Of a stretch of 64,000 bases of DNA, positions 1 to 13,404 are shown piece by piece. The notes below the pieces were generated by a model. That model ran no database searches and was not told the origin of the DNA. It saw nothing but the letters and a program-made list of their open reading frames with translations. This DNA comes from Octopus vulgaris. Lineage: Eukaryota. The stretch is from the NCBI GenBank assembly GCA_951406725.2, contig OX597822.1, positions 41,106,001 through 41,170,000 of the forward strand, written 5' to 3'. Made by a program: the position numbers and the translations under genes. How positions within the stretch are numbered: position 1 is the stretch's first letter; each line of letters starts with the position of its first letter.

Positions 1-40
<40 letters not shown>

Positions 41-46
41 TATATA

Positions 47-433
47 GGCGTAGGAGTGGTAAGTAGCTAGATCTACATGGTTCCGGGTTCAGTCCCACTG
101 CGTGCCACCTTGGGCAAGCGTCTTCTACTATAACCTCGGGCCGACCAAAGCCTTGTGAGTGAATTTGGTAGACGGAAACTGAAAGAAGCCCGTCGTATAT
201 ATGCACATATTTGCATGTGTGTGCTTATGTTTGTGCGTCTGTGTTTGTCCCCTCAACATCGCTTCACAACCGATGGTGGTGTGTTTACGTCCCCGTAACT
301 TAGTGGTTCGGCAAAAGAATCCGATAGAATAAGTATTAGGCTTACAAAGAATAAGTCCTGAAGTCGATTTGCTTGACTAAAGGTGGTGCTCCAGCATGGC
401 CACAGTCAAATGACTGAAACAAGTAAAAGAGAG
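47..433 (+). mobile_element. tRNA-derived SINE family A (near full length, internal AT/GT microsatellite)
   Basis: Head ggcgtaggagtgg..ggttccgggttcagtccc (B-box-like), body ccttgggcaag, tail ggtgctccagcatggccacagtcaaatgactgaaacaagtaaaagag; many homologous copies in the window. Confidence 0.9.
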
Positions 434-527
434 TATACATGTATATATGTATGTATACGTGTATGTGTATATATATATGTACGTGTGTGTGTACGTGTAT
501 GTATGTGAGCAAGCATGTATGTACGTA

Positions 528-651
<124 letters not shown>

Positions 652-1464
652 TCCTCATACACATAGACACACTCACCCATACATGGCGCCTGTGTATGAA
701 TGATGTGTGTATGTGTGTGAGTGAGTGAGAGTGTGTGTATGTGTGTGTACGTGACGCATTGATGTGTTAATGTGTGTCGGTTGTACTTTTTTTTCTTTAA
801 TAACTGGGCGCTTTGAAGCTGAGCCAAAGTAGTTGACGTTGATGTTATTGTTATGGTTCACGTGGTTCTTGTTACGGCTAGTGTTGTAGTTGCAGATTTC
901 GTCTTTATTGCTGACCTCAACGTAGTGCTGTCCTTTTGCCAACGTGATGATGAAGGTGGTGGAGATGGCGTTTGTGGCGGTGACGGGTGGTGCAGTGACG
1001 GTGGTGATAGTGGTGTGGTGGTGGTGAAGGTAATGATATGGTAGTGGTTGTATCGGTGATAGTAATGGTAGTGGTGATGATGATGATGATGATGGTGTTG
1101 ATGCTACTGAAGGTGGTGTTGAAGTCGGTGGTGCTAGTGATGGTATGAAAATGGTCGTGGTGGAGGTGTTGGTGGGGATGGTCGTGGTAGTTCTAACTAT
1201 AGCAGCGGTGGAGATGATTGTTATAGTAGTAGTGGTTGTAGTGGTGGTGGTGGCAGTTGTGGTGGTGGTGGTGGTTTGCAGGTTAGTTGGTTGGTAGAAT
1301 CATTTGTGATTGTTATGTTTATCTAAACTATGCTTGTTTTGTTGTCAATTACTGTACTTACCATATTATATGACTGGTATTTCTTCGAGACAACCGGGTA
1401 ACCTTTACGTGATAGCTCCATCTGCAAGAAACAGCTACTAATTAACCCAGATCATTCACTGCCA

Positions 1465-1500
<36 letters not shown>

Positions 1501-1505
1501 CACAA

Positions 1506-1575
<70 letters not shown>

Positions 1576-1600
1576 ATACATTCATTCATTTATATATATA

Positions 1601-1830
1601 CTAGCATATAAGCCCGGTTTCACCCGGTCTGTTCGGATGATGTGGCTGTGATCCTTTTCGGTTAGGCATTATCTATAACAGCGTTTCTCAACCTTATCAT
1701 TTCGGGTCCCCTGTTTCGATTGGAGCCTCCAGCTGTATGACAATTTCCTGACCCCCCATCCTTGTCAAAAACAGCTTCAGGAGTTGTGAAGAACGAATTT
1801 GTACGTAATCTGTTTCTGAGAGCTATTCTA
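1601..1830 (-). mobile_element. Helitron-like 3' terminal fragment
   Basis: Minus strand ends ..gaccgggtgaaaccgggcttatatgCTAG followed by T: GC-rich hairpin about 10 nt before CTAG. Far boundary approximate. Confidence 0.55.
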
Positions 1831-1837
1831 TTGGACT

Positions 1838-2165
1838 TCTGAGTTGAAATTCCGCCGAGGTCTACTTTGCCTTTCATCCTTTCGGGGTCGATAAATTAAG
1901 TACCAGTTGCGCACTGGGATCGATGTAATCGACTTGATCCGTTTGTCTGTCCTTGTTTGTCCTCTCTGTGTTTAGTCCCTTGTGGGTAGTAAAGAAATAG
2001 GTATTTCGTCTGCCGCTACGTTCTGAGTTCAAATCCCGCTTAGGTCGACTTTACCTTTCATCCTTTCGTGGTCGATAAAATAAATACCTGTTGAAACCTA
2101 GGGTTTATGTAAGCGACTCATCCCCTCCTCCAAAAACAGCTGCCCTTGTGACAAAATTTGAAACT
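1838..2165 (+). mobile_element. SINE family B, 5'-truncated, two tandem units
   Basis: ctgagtt.aaattccgccgaggtc.actttgcctttcatcctttcggggtcgataaattaagtaccag unit occurs twice. Confidence 0.85.
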
Positions 2166-2171
2166 TTCTAT

Positions 2172-3001
2172 AGAGAGCTAATGGAGGGAAAGTGCGATTA
2201 CGTTCCCAGGGAAACTCTGGGCGTCGACTAACCGGTCTGTTTCGGAGAATTTTCGGGCTTGGGCCTATGGATAACTTCCAGAAATCCCTTGTCTGTCAGT
2301 ACTACCGAAGAGTGCTGCCTGTCCTGGATAAACTTTACAGGCACGGAAGTGCCTTCAGCCGGGCCTGCCCAAGGTGCACCCAGATCGATGAAGCCATTCT
2401 GCACGCCCTAATCCAGGGCTTGAGTATTGCTGACTTGTGGGTTTATGCCGAACACCTGCTGTCGAGTGTAGGACGGATACGGCTATCAGCTGAATCCATT
2501 GTGAAGATTGCCCCGCGGCCCTCCTTGGCCGGGAGGGGCAGGCAATTTTTTTTTGTCTAGTGGCTGTAGTAAAAGCGTTAGTATGGTGGACCCCGTTTGA
2601 AAGAGCTAAAGACAGGCACTTCCCTCTTTGGCCAAGCCCTCATCAACTTTGACTTGAAAAGGAAGTTGAGGGTGGAGAGAGAAATGTTGCCTTATAACAA
2701 GTTGAAAGGTGGATGAATGTTGGAAGAATGGCCAATGTGAAGGGACCAATTCTGAACGTCCATCTGTAACAAAAAATGAGAAGGGTTCTTGCCCTGTTGT
2801 TCAGGCACCCGTGGCTTTTGTGGATTTTCTCACCAGGACCTTAAAGCACCTCCCCTATTGAGAGTTTTAATTTGTTCGATTTTTATTGTTATTACATTGT
2901 GTATACGCAAAAAATACATTGTACCGTCCTGTCTTTGTCTTTTATCTTGTATGCCTTTTAATGTTTTTGTATGTGAGCCCATGTTGCTAATAAAAGAATA
3001 A

Positions 3002-3002
<1 letters not shown>
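2172..3002 (+). mobile_element. Tx1/L1-clade LINE 3' fragment (ORF2 C-terminal zinc knuckle plus 3' UTR)
   Basis: ORF 2192-2560 reads LPVLDKLYRHGS..CPRC..DE.ILHAL (zf-RVT-like CxxC..H); T-rich UTR ends aataaaagaataaa and runs into (ATT)n. Confidence 0.75.
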
Positions 3003-3066
<64 letters not shown>

Positions 3067-3291
3067 GGCTAGCTGGTAGAAACATTAACACCCGAAAAAT
3101 TGCTTGGCAACATTTCGCTTGGCTTTACGAAATTCTGGGGAGAGTGTTAGTCAATTACATCAACTTCAGCGCTCAGCTGAAATGAGGAAAGGCAAAATCG
3201 CCCCCAGAACGTAAAGCCGGAAAAAATGCTGCTAAGAATTTTATGCTCCCGGTAATGATTATGTCCCTTCGTCACCTTCGACAGCACGAAT

Positions 3292-3631
3292 TGCGAGATG
3301 GCGATGAAAAGTTCCTGGGTTTAAGGGTGTCGCGAAAGCCTTAGTTGGAGGCCCAACCTTCCGAGTTCTTTTACAGGGCTTAGAAAAACTGAAAATACAA
3401 ACCGCATTCCAATCTATGCACCCGTCTTCACATGTGTACCATTTTTCACGCGAATCCACCCAGCCGTTTTGGCTGTGAACCTCGAGACAAGAAAGAATAC
3501 AATGATCGCCCACTTCAAATTTATTTTAGTGTGTGAATCTGAGAAGGGAATATGTTGAATAAAATCATCATTATCCGATCCTCCTGTATTTTCTTTTACT
3601 CGAAACCAGAAACAATTCAGCATCCCTCTTA
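3292..3631 (+). mobile_element. Mariner-derived MITE with an internal ~135 bp insertion
   Basis: Degenerate TIRs cgagatggcgatgaaaagttcctgg / ccagaaacaattcagcatccctctta; interior encodes the transposase C-terminus GLEKL..CVNLRREYVE*, split by unrelated sequence at ~3394-3527. Confidence 0.6.
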
Positions 3632-4220
3632 TATCCTCAGGTCTGAAATTTTGTGGGAGAAAGCTAGTCGATTACGTCGACTCCACTGCTCAACTGATGA
3701 TTTCTTTGTCGACCCTGAGAGGGATGAAAAGCCAAAAAGAAAACAAAAGAAAACCTCGGCTGGATTCGAACATAAATACTACTATGCATTCTATTCGATA
3801 TGGGAACGATTCCACCAGTTGGCTGTCTTGGAGACCACCACTGATGATATTACCAAGAATAAAAAGTAATCGTTCTGTTTCAGTGTTTCATTAACAATGA
3901 ACTCATTAAACTCTAAACGCCATTTTCTAGACCTCAACTTTTACTACCATCATCTAACGCTGCTCCCCAGGCGTTACATGTCACTTACTCAGCTCCTCTG
4001 TATTGGAACATTGCACTTCACACATCGCATGGTTCCAAGTTTACTCACGGAGTTTACTCACGACTTACTTAAATACACGCACGCACGCACGCACACACGT
4101 ACACACGCACGCACGCACACACACATATGTATACATGTATGTATGTATGTATGTATGTATGTATGTATGTATGTATGTATGTATATATGTATATATATAT
4201 ATTTATATATATACATATAC

Positions 4221-4253
<33 letters not shown>

Positions 4254-4393
4254 TATATATATATACACATCTTTATACATATATGTGTGTATACACATAT
4301 ATATGTATGTATTTGTATCTATATATACATGTATGTATAAAAGGATGCCCGTATGTATGTAGGTATATATGTATGTATATACATAAATATATG

Positions 4394-4447
<54 letters not shown>

Positions 4448-4633
4448 CATAGATGTATATATATATATATGTGTGTATATTTATATGTATATATTTATAT
4501 AATAAATATATATTCATATATATATATATATATATATATAATATGTATATATAAATATACATATTTATATAATATATATATATACATACATACGAATAGT
4601 GAGTAAACTTGGAACTCTTTCACTCTCTCTCTC

Positions 4634-4672
<39 letters not shown>

Positions 4673-5135
4673 CCAAATGTATGCATGTGTGTATGTGTGT
4701 GCGCATGTGTATGTATTTATGTATTTGTGTAATTAGGTATAGAGAGACACACTCAAGAAATTAATCTCATACTTACACAATGTACGCACACGTACACATA
4801 TACATATACACACACATTTACATACGAACATATACACCCACATGTGACACACAAGCAAATATAAAACTACGATATTTAGTCATATTTGTAATCGTGATGA
4901 GGTGAGTGGGGGGGATGAGGTGAGGGAGAAACAGACTAAATCATATCACGTAATATAGGTGGCGCCATGCGAGACGTGTGTATGTGTGTGTGTGCGTGTG
5001 ACTGTGTGTTTGTGTTTGCGTGCGTGCGCGTGTTATTGTTTGGTCATTCAGTCCAGCCCAGCAAACATAGCATTGTTGTTTACTAATATCAAATATTGAT
5101 CACATTTATAATCACAAATGTAACTATATACATAC

Positions 5136-5231
<96 letters not shown>

Positions 5232-5317
5232 GAGATAGAGATAGAGATAGAGAGAGAGAGATGTACACACATACACGCACATACACTCAAATATATATAT
5301 GCATATATATATATGTG

Positions 5318-5358
<41 letters not shown>

Positions 5359-5361
5359 ATA

Positions 5362-5457
<96 letters not shown>

Positions 5458-5534
5458 TACACAAACTAACGAACAAACGAAAGGAAAAGGCATTTAACAC
5501 ATTTTTGTAGGTGTTCCGTCATTATTTAAACCAA

Positions 5535-6106
5535 GAGAAGCGAGCTGGCAGAAACGTTAGCACGCTGGGCAAAATGCTTAGACGTATTTCGTCTGCCGCT
5601 ACGTTCTGAGTTCAAATTCCGCCGAGATCGACTTTGCCTTTCATCCTTTCGGGGTCGATAAAATAAGTACCAGTTCGCACTGGGGTCGATATAATCGACT
5701 TAATATCTATGACTGTCCTTGTTTGCCCCTCTATGTTTAGCCCCTTGTGGGTAATAAAGAAATAGGTATTTCGTCTGCCGTTACGTTCTGAGTTCAAATT
5801 CCGCCGAGGTCGACTTTGCCTTTCATCCTTTCGGGGTCGATAAAATAAGTACCAGTTACGCACTGGGGTCGATATAATCGACTTATTCCGTTTGTTTGTC
5901 CTTTCTGTGTTTAGCCTTGTGGGTAGTATAGAAATAGGTATTTCGTCTGTCGCTACGTTCTGAGTTCAAATTCCGCCGAGGTCGACTTTGCTTTTCATCC
6001 TTTTAGGGTCGGCAAATTAGGTACCAGTTACGCACTGAAGTCGATGAAATTGACTATCCCTTCCCCCAAATTGCAGACCTTGTGCCTATAGTAGAAAAGA
6101 TTATTA
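5535..6106 (+). mobile_element. SINE family B, head plus three tandem ~180 bp units
   Basis: Head gagctggcagaaacgttagcacg; units restart at gtatttcgtctg (~5584, ~5766, ~5938); flanked by probable TSD tttaaacca. Confidence 0.9.
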
Positions 6107-6289
6107 TTTAAACCAGTATCATTCGACTCTGTGACTTTAAGAATTACAAACTAAGAATTACAACCGACTTACGGTAAGAATGTCCTTCGACGAATACTTC
6201 AATGCGAAGCGAGCTAAGGTGTGGGCTTAAGACCTGAGGAGTCGAAGCCGTTCAGCTGGTCGGAGTAACAGAGGCGCAGCTTGCCAACA

Positions 6290-7130
6290 AAGCAAAAATT
6301 TGATCTTTGGCAGATTTCCTTCATTTTTTAAATTTCTATCAAAATAATGAATTACATCAGAAAAATCAAGAAACTTTGCCTCGTCACTGCTGATGTTCGA
6401 AATTGCTGAAACATTAATCCATTCAAACATTGTTTGCACCATTGTGGACATAATTCGTTTTAACATACTGCATTTTCTCTCACTAGAGGTCAATATTCGT
6501 AGCAATAACAGTTATATAATGAGGGAACATTTATGAAAACATTAACTAGTCTCAGTTTCAATAAAAGACCGTACGTTTTCATCGGTATCAAGAATTTAAG
6601 AATTCATATCTTTTAAGAAGAAACACTTCACTCTAAATGTTTCTGCGATGTAAACAGTATCGTAGCTGAGACTGATTAAAATTTTCTAACACCTCATTTT
6701 AACCTACCTTCTGATGCCCACAATATGTTCTGATGCCCACAATATCACATTTACATTCTACTGCAAAATTTGTAACTTCGATCAACGGCACCACAGCATT
6801 TCTCGCATATTCCCGAATGCCATCGAATTGGTCTCAGTCTTTTCATTGACCAGCTTGTCTTTGACTTTGTATGAGTAAGATATGAGTTATTTGTTTTTGT
6901 TGTTTTCCAGTCTCTGCCACTGGATTCTGAAAAATAGTCTGTCTGCAACACTTTGCAACCATTTGGGAGTCATGTCATGAGCACACGTGTTTAGACTGAG
7001 ACTTATGAAGAAATCTGAGATTTTATCTGCAAATTCTTAATGAATGCAATAAAAAGTTCTTCATCTAAAAGAAACTAAGAAGTTCTCTAATACCTCAAAA
7101 ACATCCATTGTGGCTATCGCCAATTTGTTC
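6290..7130 (-). pseudogene. Decayed hAT transposase remnant (ZMYM1-like C-terminal dimerisation domain)
   Basis: ORF 6227-6505 LRILTSSERKCSMLKRIMSTMVQ..NISSDEAKFLDFSDVI resembles the hAT motif ERSFSxLKxIxSxLRSTM..L.I..D..K.LDF.DVI; upstream part is stop-ridden and the boundary is uncertain. Confidence 0.5.
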
Positions 7131-9175
7131 AGAGGAACCATAGACAGCAAGCCGTCCTTTCAGACACACACAAAACAGAAAGATATCAAGAACGCGATGA
7201 AAAATATTATTCCATGTTGTTAACGTCATAAGAATTTATAAACTTCCAAGAGAAATATAAATCATTTTTCTTTCTTTTTGTTCGGGGATTGGGTCTCGAA
7301 GAACCTAAATCCAATAAATAATTATTTCTGGTATAGGCATAAGGCCTGAAATTTTCGTTGAAGGGGTTAGTCAATTACATCGACCTCAGTGCTCAACTGG
7401 TACTAAAAGATGATAGGCAAAAGTCAACTTCGGTGGAATTTGAACTCAGACCACAAAAATAAATACAATGTAACTTTTCCCTGGCGTATTGACGATTCTG
7501 CCAGCTCACATCATTATGCAAATGTTATAAATAATAACCTGTAAATATTGGTCTAAAAACCCTTTTCAGTCTTTTTATAACCCAATGTTTATGTACTATG
7601 ATTTATAGCATTCAAAGCGACGAACTGGTAGGATTGTTTGCCTGACGGGTAAAATGCTTAGCGGCATTTCGTCCGTCTTTACATCCTGAGTTCAAACTCC
7701 CCCGGGGGTAGATAAAAATAGTACCAGCTGAACAGTGGGGTCGATGTAATCAATTTATCCCCTCCCGTGAAACTGGCGGCCTTGTGCCAAAATTTGGAGC
7801 CATTATTAATAGCAGTCATGTGCAACGAGATGCAATTCGGAAAAAATAATTATTTCTTCCAGTTGTTTCTTGGTCTTGTTTCTTGGTTTCTGGTCAAAAA
7901 TGGAATTGTCAGTTGATATCAAAGTCTTGTTCATGGCTTAACCACTCACTTCTTTCCATGCAATTTAATTTTTTATTCTTTTTATGACTTGGAATGCGAT
8001 CTTTCCCTTCCCTCCATCCCTCTCTCAATATTCTATCCTTAAAAACTAATCAATAAAGACCTATCTGACAAGACATCACACTTACTAATCAAAACAAAAG
8101 ACCCAAAATAGAATGATTGCTTCACTTGACCTCAACACAACCAGTCCCTATTAATAATGAGTTCAAATTTTGGCACAAGACCAGCAATTTCGGGGCAGGG
8201 GCTTAGTCAATTACATCGACTTCAGTGCTCGACTGGTTCTTATTTTATCGACCTCCAAAAGGATAAAAGGCAAAGTCGGCCTCGGTGGAATTTGAACTCA
8301 CAACGTAGCGTTTTGCCCGAGGTGGTAACGATTCTGTCAGCTCGCCACCTTAGCCTCAATCAATATACTCTCCATTTCTCAGTTGCTGCAGGCGGGGGTG
8401 GGAGCAGAAATAAGTTATTACCCTAATCCCTGAGAACATATCATTGCTGTTTATGCCTCTTATTAAAAAGCCTGATGTCGATTTCTGCTGTGAAGACGGT
8501 TCTAGATGTGGAATCCTTTTCATTACCACTAGCATGAGCTTCAGGTGGTACTTGTGGTTCTACTCTTTGCTCTCGAACTTCATAATCAGCATATTTATGA
8601 GTATTACCTGATATATACGTAGCTAGTACCAGTCCAAGAGCCTGGTTATTACGATCAGCAGTCAATCTCGAAAACACATTGATGATGATAATGATGATGA
8701 TGATGATGACGACGACGAGGAGGATTACGACGTTGATGATGAGGATGATGCTGATGACGATGATGTCTGATCATAAAATCAGTAATTGATTTGTACATTT
8801 GACAGTTTCATCTTGCAGTTTGGCAAGCTTTCTGTTTTTTGTACCATAGTCATTGTCTTTTTATTGTTCCATAAAACTTATCAAAAAGAACCCATTGAAC
8901 AATAAAGCAAAACCAATTTAAGTGCGTACATTTTTTGTTCTTTTACTTGGTTAACATTGATAAAAACAAAAATAATAATATTACTACCAATTTGTGCTAC
9001 CATACACTCGCAATAGTATCGTTTAATATATAAACAATTTACTAACACCGCTAAGGTGAACTTTGCCTATCATCCTTTTGGGGCCGATAAAACAAGTACC
9101 AGTTGAGAAGTGAGGTCGATGTAATCGACTCAGATCCTTCCCCGAAACTATTAGACCTTGTGCCAAAATTTGAAA

Positions 9176-9248
<73 letters not shown>

Positions 9249-9251
<3 letters not shown>

Positions 9252-9465
9252 TAATCCAAACGGGAAAACAGAAAAAACAACAACACGTGGAACAATTACA
9301 GTATTATTATTATTAGGCGCTCAGGAAAATGGAAGAAGGAGGGTATGACGTTTCGAGCGGAGCTCTTCGTCGGAAACATAAGAGAAGGAAGAAAGAAGAA
9401 AGAAAGATCCCGATGTGGGCGAAAGAGGGAAAAAAAACGCGACTGGTGTTTACGAAGTACACATG
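9249..9465 (-). mobile_element. Penelope-like element terminal fragment with hammerhead-like motif
   Basis: Same sequence at 45517-45730 and 47727-47938; minus strand gttt-ccgacga-a-gagc-tcc-gctc-gaaac-gtc; abuts (AT)n. Confidence 0.65.
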
Positions 9466-9919
9466 CTGAAAGTACACTTGTATATATATATACAAGTTGT
9501 AATAAATAGTCATCTATGTAGCATATCTAATGTATACACACTGTCAATAGGCAAGTTACTGCAGTATTTGTCCTGAGATAACAACTCTTATAAACGTTCT
9601 CAATTAAAAACACAGAGGCAAAAATTCGTCCCACCAGCGACCAGCCAGAGCATCAGATAGATGCATTTCAACCACTCTTATGAAAAGATTTTTCTGTACT
9701 ACGTACTCACAGCCAACTGGCTGGGAATTCCTATGAGTAAGACAATAAATTACAAGGAGCATCAGAAGCGTTAGATGAGAAGGAGAAAAGTAACCATCGT
9801 CAATGAAAAACCATCATCCAAGTGTTCGAATAAATATGTATGTATGTGTATGTATGTGTGCATGTGTGCATGTATGTGTGTGTATGCGTATTTGTGTATA
9901 TGTATGTGCATGTAGGTAT

Positions 9920-10019
9920 NNNNNNNNNNNNNNNNNNNNNNNNNNNNNNNNNNNNNNNNNNNNNNNNNNNNNNNNNNNNNNNNNNNNNNNNNNNNNNNNN
10001 NNNNNNNNNNNNNNNNNNN
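9920..10019. other. Assembly gap (100 N)
   Basis: Run of exactly 100 N. Confidence 1.
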
Positions 10020-10493
10020 GATAGCAACAACAACGACAACAATTTATTCAATGATTTATTTCTGCGATTCTTCCTGTTTTAATGTTGGAGGAAGACCAAG
10101 AGAGTTCGTCTGGGATACAGAGAGACAAGAAGATGGAGAGATACAAAGATTCTGAGATGAGATAGGTGGTGATAGATCGCTAAATATTTCGGTGACACCT
10201 AAATCCCTATATGTGTACACGTGTGTACACGTGTGTACACGTGTGTGTGTGCTTGTGTGTGCTTGTGTGTGTGTGTATGAGTGTGTGTGTGTGAGTGAAT
10301 GTGTGTGTGTGTGAGTGTGTGTGTGTGTGTGAGTGAGTGTGTTTGTGTGAATGCGTGTTTGTGTGTGTGTGTGTGTGTGTGTGCGCACGCGTTTGTGCGT
10401 ATGTGTGTTTGTGTGTGTATGTGTGTGTGAGCGCGCATATGTGGGTGTTTGTGTATGTGTGTGTGTACGTATGTGGGCGAGACTTTATATACG

Positions 10494-10550
<57 letters not shown>

Positions 10551-10810
10551 CTTTTATGTTTTACTGGTTTCAGTCATTAGAGTGCGGTCCTGCTGGGGCA
10601 CCGCCTTAAAGGAATATTAGTCGAACGAATCGAACCCAGTTCTTTTCTTCTTTCTCCTTAAGCCTGATACTTATTTCATTGCCAAAATATAGGGACGTCA
10701 ACACTCCAACACCGGTTGTCAAGTGGTGATGAGGAACAAACACAGAAACAAAGGCCCACATTCGCCCGCGCGTACTCACACACACACACACACACACACA
10801 CAAACAAACA

Positions 10811-10849
<39 letters not shown>

Positions 10850-11147
10850 TTTTCAATCCATCAATAATACTGACAGAGCAAACTGAAATATGAATGTACC
10901 TAAAATGTATATCAGAAACAACTGTAAGCTTGCAATGCACAAATATATAAATGCACAATGCCCATTATCGATTCCTTTTCTTGTATCATTCTGTGAAAAC
11001 ATACCGTATCAACTTGGTAATGCAACCATCGATTTACAAAGTCTGGACGTTCCTCAGCCTTTTCTCAGCTTGGTGCATTGTATCAACAGAGAACTTAAGA
11101 ATTGTTCCACTCGGATTGATAATCCATTCTTAATATATATATATATA

Positions 11148-11285
11148 TCAAGATTAATCAGCCGAAATTGCTACGATGATCCGGTTCTTGACTGAAGATT
11201 GAGGGCTTCGAATGTCCCGTCCGTGTTTTTTGTATCGTCTTTTAAGTGTTTTGCGTTCTTGTCCTAGTTTGTATTTTTCTACATA
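11148..11285 (+). mobile_element. Penelope-like terminal fragment (family also at 18855-19015, 29885-30111, 45040-45390)
   Basis: cagccgaaattgc..ttgactgaaga..cttcgaatgtcccgtc..tgttttgcgttcttgtcc shared among the four loci; sits in AT-repeat context. Confidence 0.55.
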
Positions 11286-11316
11286 TAATAATTATATATA
11301 TATATATATATATATA

Positions 11317-11640
11317 GGTACAGGAGTGGTTGTGTGGCAAGTAGCTTGCTTACCAACCACATGGTTCCGGGTTTAGTCCCACTGCGTGACACCATAGGCA
11401 AGTGTCTTCTACTATAGCCTCGAGCCGACCAAAGCCTTATGAGTGGATATGTGTGTGTGTATATGTTTGTGTGTCTGTGTTTGTCCCGATGCTGGTCTGT
11501 TTACGTCCCTGTAACTTAGCGGTTCGGCAAAAGTAACCGATAGAATAAGTATTAGGCTTACAAAGAATAAGTCCTGGAGTCGATTTGCTTCAGCATGGCC
11601 GCATCAAATGACTGAAACATGTAAAAGAGAGAGTAAAAGA
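11317..11640 (+). mobile_element. SINE family A (internal deletion)
   Basis: Head and tail both match family A. Confidence 0.9.
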
Positions 11641-11699
11641 TATATATATAAGTTCAGCAAAATTTAGATTCAGATGAATATGGTACTTAAGTTAAAGGC

Positions 11700-11804
11700 C
11701 TAGTACTTATTCTATCGGTCTATTTTGACGAACCGCCAAGTTACGGGGAACGTAAACATACCAGCATCGGTTGTCAAGCGATGTTCGGGGGACAAACACA
11801 GATA

Positions 11805-11878
<74 letters not shown>

Positions 11879-12064
11879 CACATATACGACGTTTCCGTAC
11901 TTACTGTGTGTCTTTCAGTTTCCGTCTACGAAATCCACTCACAAGGCTTTGGTCGCCCGAGGCTATAGTAGAAGTCACTTGTCCAAGGTACCAAGCAGTG
12001 GGACTGAACCCGAAACCATATGGTTGGTAAGCAAGCTACTTACCACACAGCCACTCCTGCGCCT
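11700..12064 (-). mobile_element. SINE family A (tail truncated), inverted relative to 11317-11640
   Basis: Reverse complement of the family A head ends ..cacagccactcctgcgcc; internal (CA)n. Confidence 0.9.
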
Positions 12065-12093
12065 ATTATTTATATATATATTATCATTTATTT

Positions 12094-12165
<72 letters not shown>

Positions 12166-12203
12166 GTGTGTGTATGTATGTATATATATTATATATTATA
12201 TAA

Positions 12204-12241
<38 letters not shown>

Positions 12242-12248
<7 letters not shown>

Positions 12249-13128
12249 GTTGGAAAGTAAATAAGCATAAGAATTGCTTGCCGAATTTTTAGCATTGCTG
12301 AAGTCATGACGAAAAGGCTTTTTAAACAGACAACACTAATGGGGGTTTCTTATAATCTTATTATCGTATTTCTTATTTCTTCTCTTCCCGATGGCCGGTC
12401 GCTTGACTGTTCAAGAGCGAGCCAAAAGAGCAGCACGCTATGAAGTGTGGAATTTCATTGTTTTTTGTTCAGAGACGGTGGCATGCATGGAAAGGTAAGT
12501 ATGCAACACTACGTCCGGAGACATTAAAAAGCTGATGACCACGGGCTCTATGAACGATGCAAGAAGAAGCGGCTGTCCAACAACATCCCGATCAACGGAG
12601 AGCAGTGCAACGATGCAGGAAATCTTTAATCACAGCCCGCAAAAATCAACCCGTCAAGCAACTCGTGAAAGTAGACTAACAAGAAACACTATAAGTACGG
12701 TGATGCATAAAAAATTGAATTTTCGTCCGTGGAAACCCCATTACGTGAACGAGAAAAAAACCTTAAGACTGCGACCGCAGATGTCCGGGAGTTCAAAACT
12801 CCAAGAAGTTCAGATCCCATTCCATATGATTTTTACTTGTGAGTTGGTACAAAAGAAGAGGTGTACAAGACAAAACCTCGACTTGGAGCTACGGATTCAG
12901 GAAGTTCTTAATGATATCCCACACGATGTCCTTCAGAGGGGTCTTCATTCCATCCGTGGCCATTTGAGGAAACTGGTTGACGCCACCGGTGCTTACATTG
13001 AAATATGAAGACTTACTTTCATTTTCCCATGTAATAAAGAGCTTGTATCATTTGTTTCATTAAAATTGTAAAAGGAATATGGATTTTATTACCAATTTTT
13101 AATGCCTACTTACTGTTCACCCACCCTG
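12242..13128 (+). mobile_element. Internally deleted Tc1/mariner-superfamily transposon (DUF4817/DD37D-like)
   Basis: Degenerate TIRs tagaatggttggaaagtaaataagcat versus rc cagggtgggtgaacagtaagtaggcat with TA flanks; broken transposase from ATG 12391 with HTH ..ARRSGCP..SPQKSTRQ.., SPDP.PYDFYL motif and GAYIEI* C-terminus. Confidence 0.75.
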
Positions 13129-13351
13129 TATATGTATGTGTGTATTTACGTACGTACGTACGTACGTATGTATGTATGTATGTAACTATGTATGTATGTA
13201 TGTATGTATGTATGTATGTATGTATGTATGTATGTATGTATGTATGTATGTGTGTGTATGTATGTGTATATATATATATATGTGTATGTGTGTGTGTGTG
13301 TGTATGTATATATAAGTGCATCTGTATGTGTATATAATGAATGTGTGAGTA

Positions 13352-13404
<53 letters not shown>

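Noticed and set aside
5583-6060. CRISPR-like or satellite array
   Set aside because: Units are ~180 bp SINE B repeats without unique spacers; eukaryotic context with no cas genes
6708-6745. Short direct repeat ttctgatgcccacaatat x2
   Set aside because: Simple local tandem duplication within a decayed transposon; no further structure
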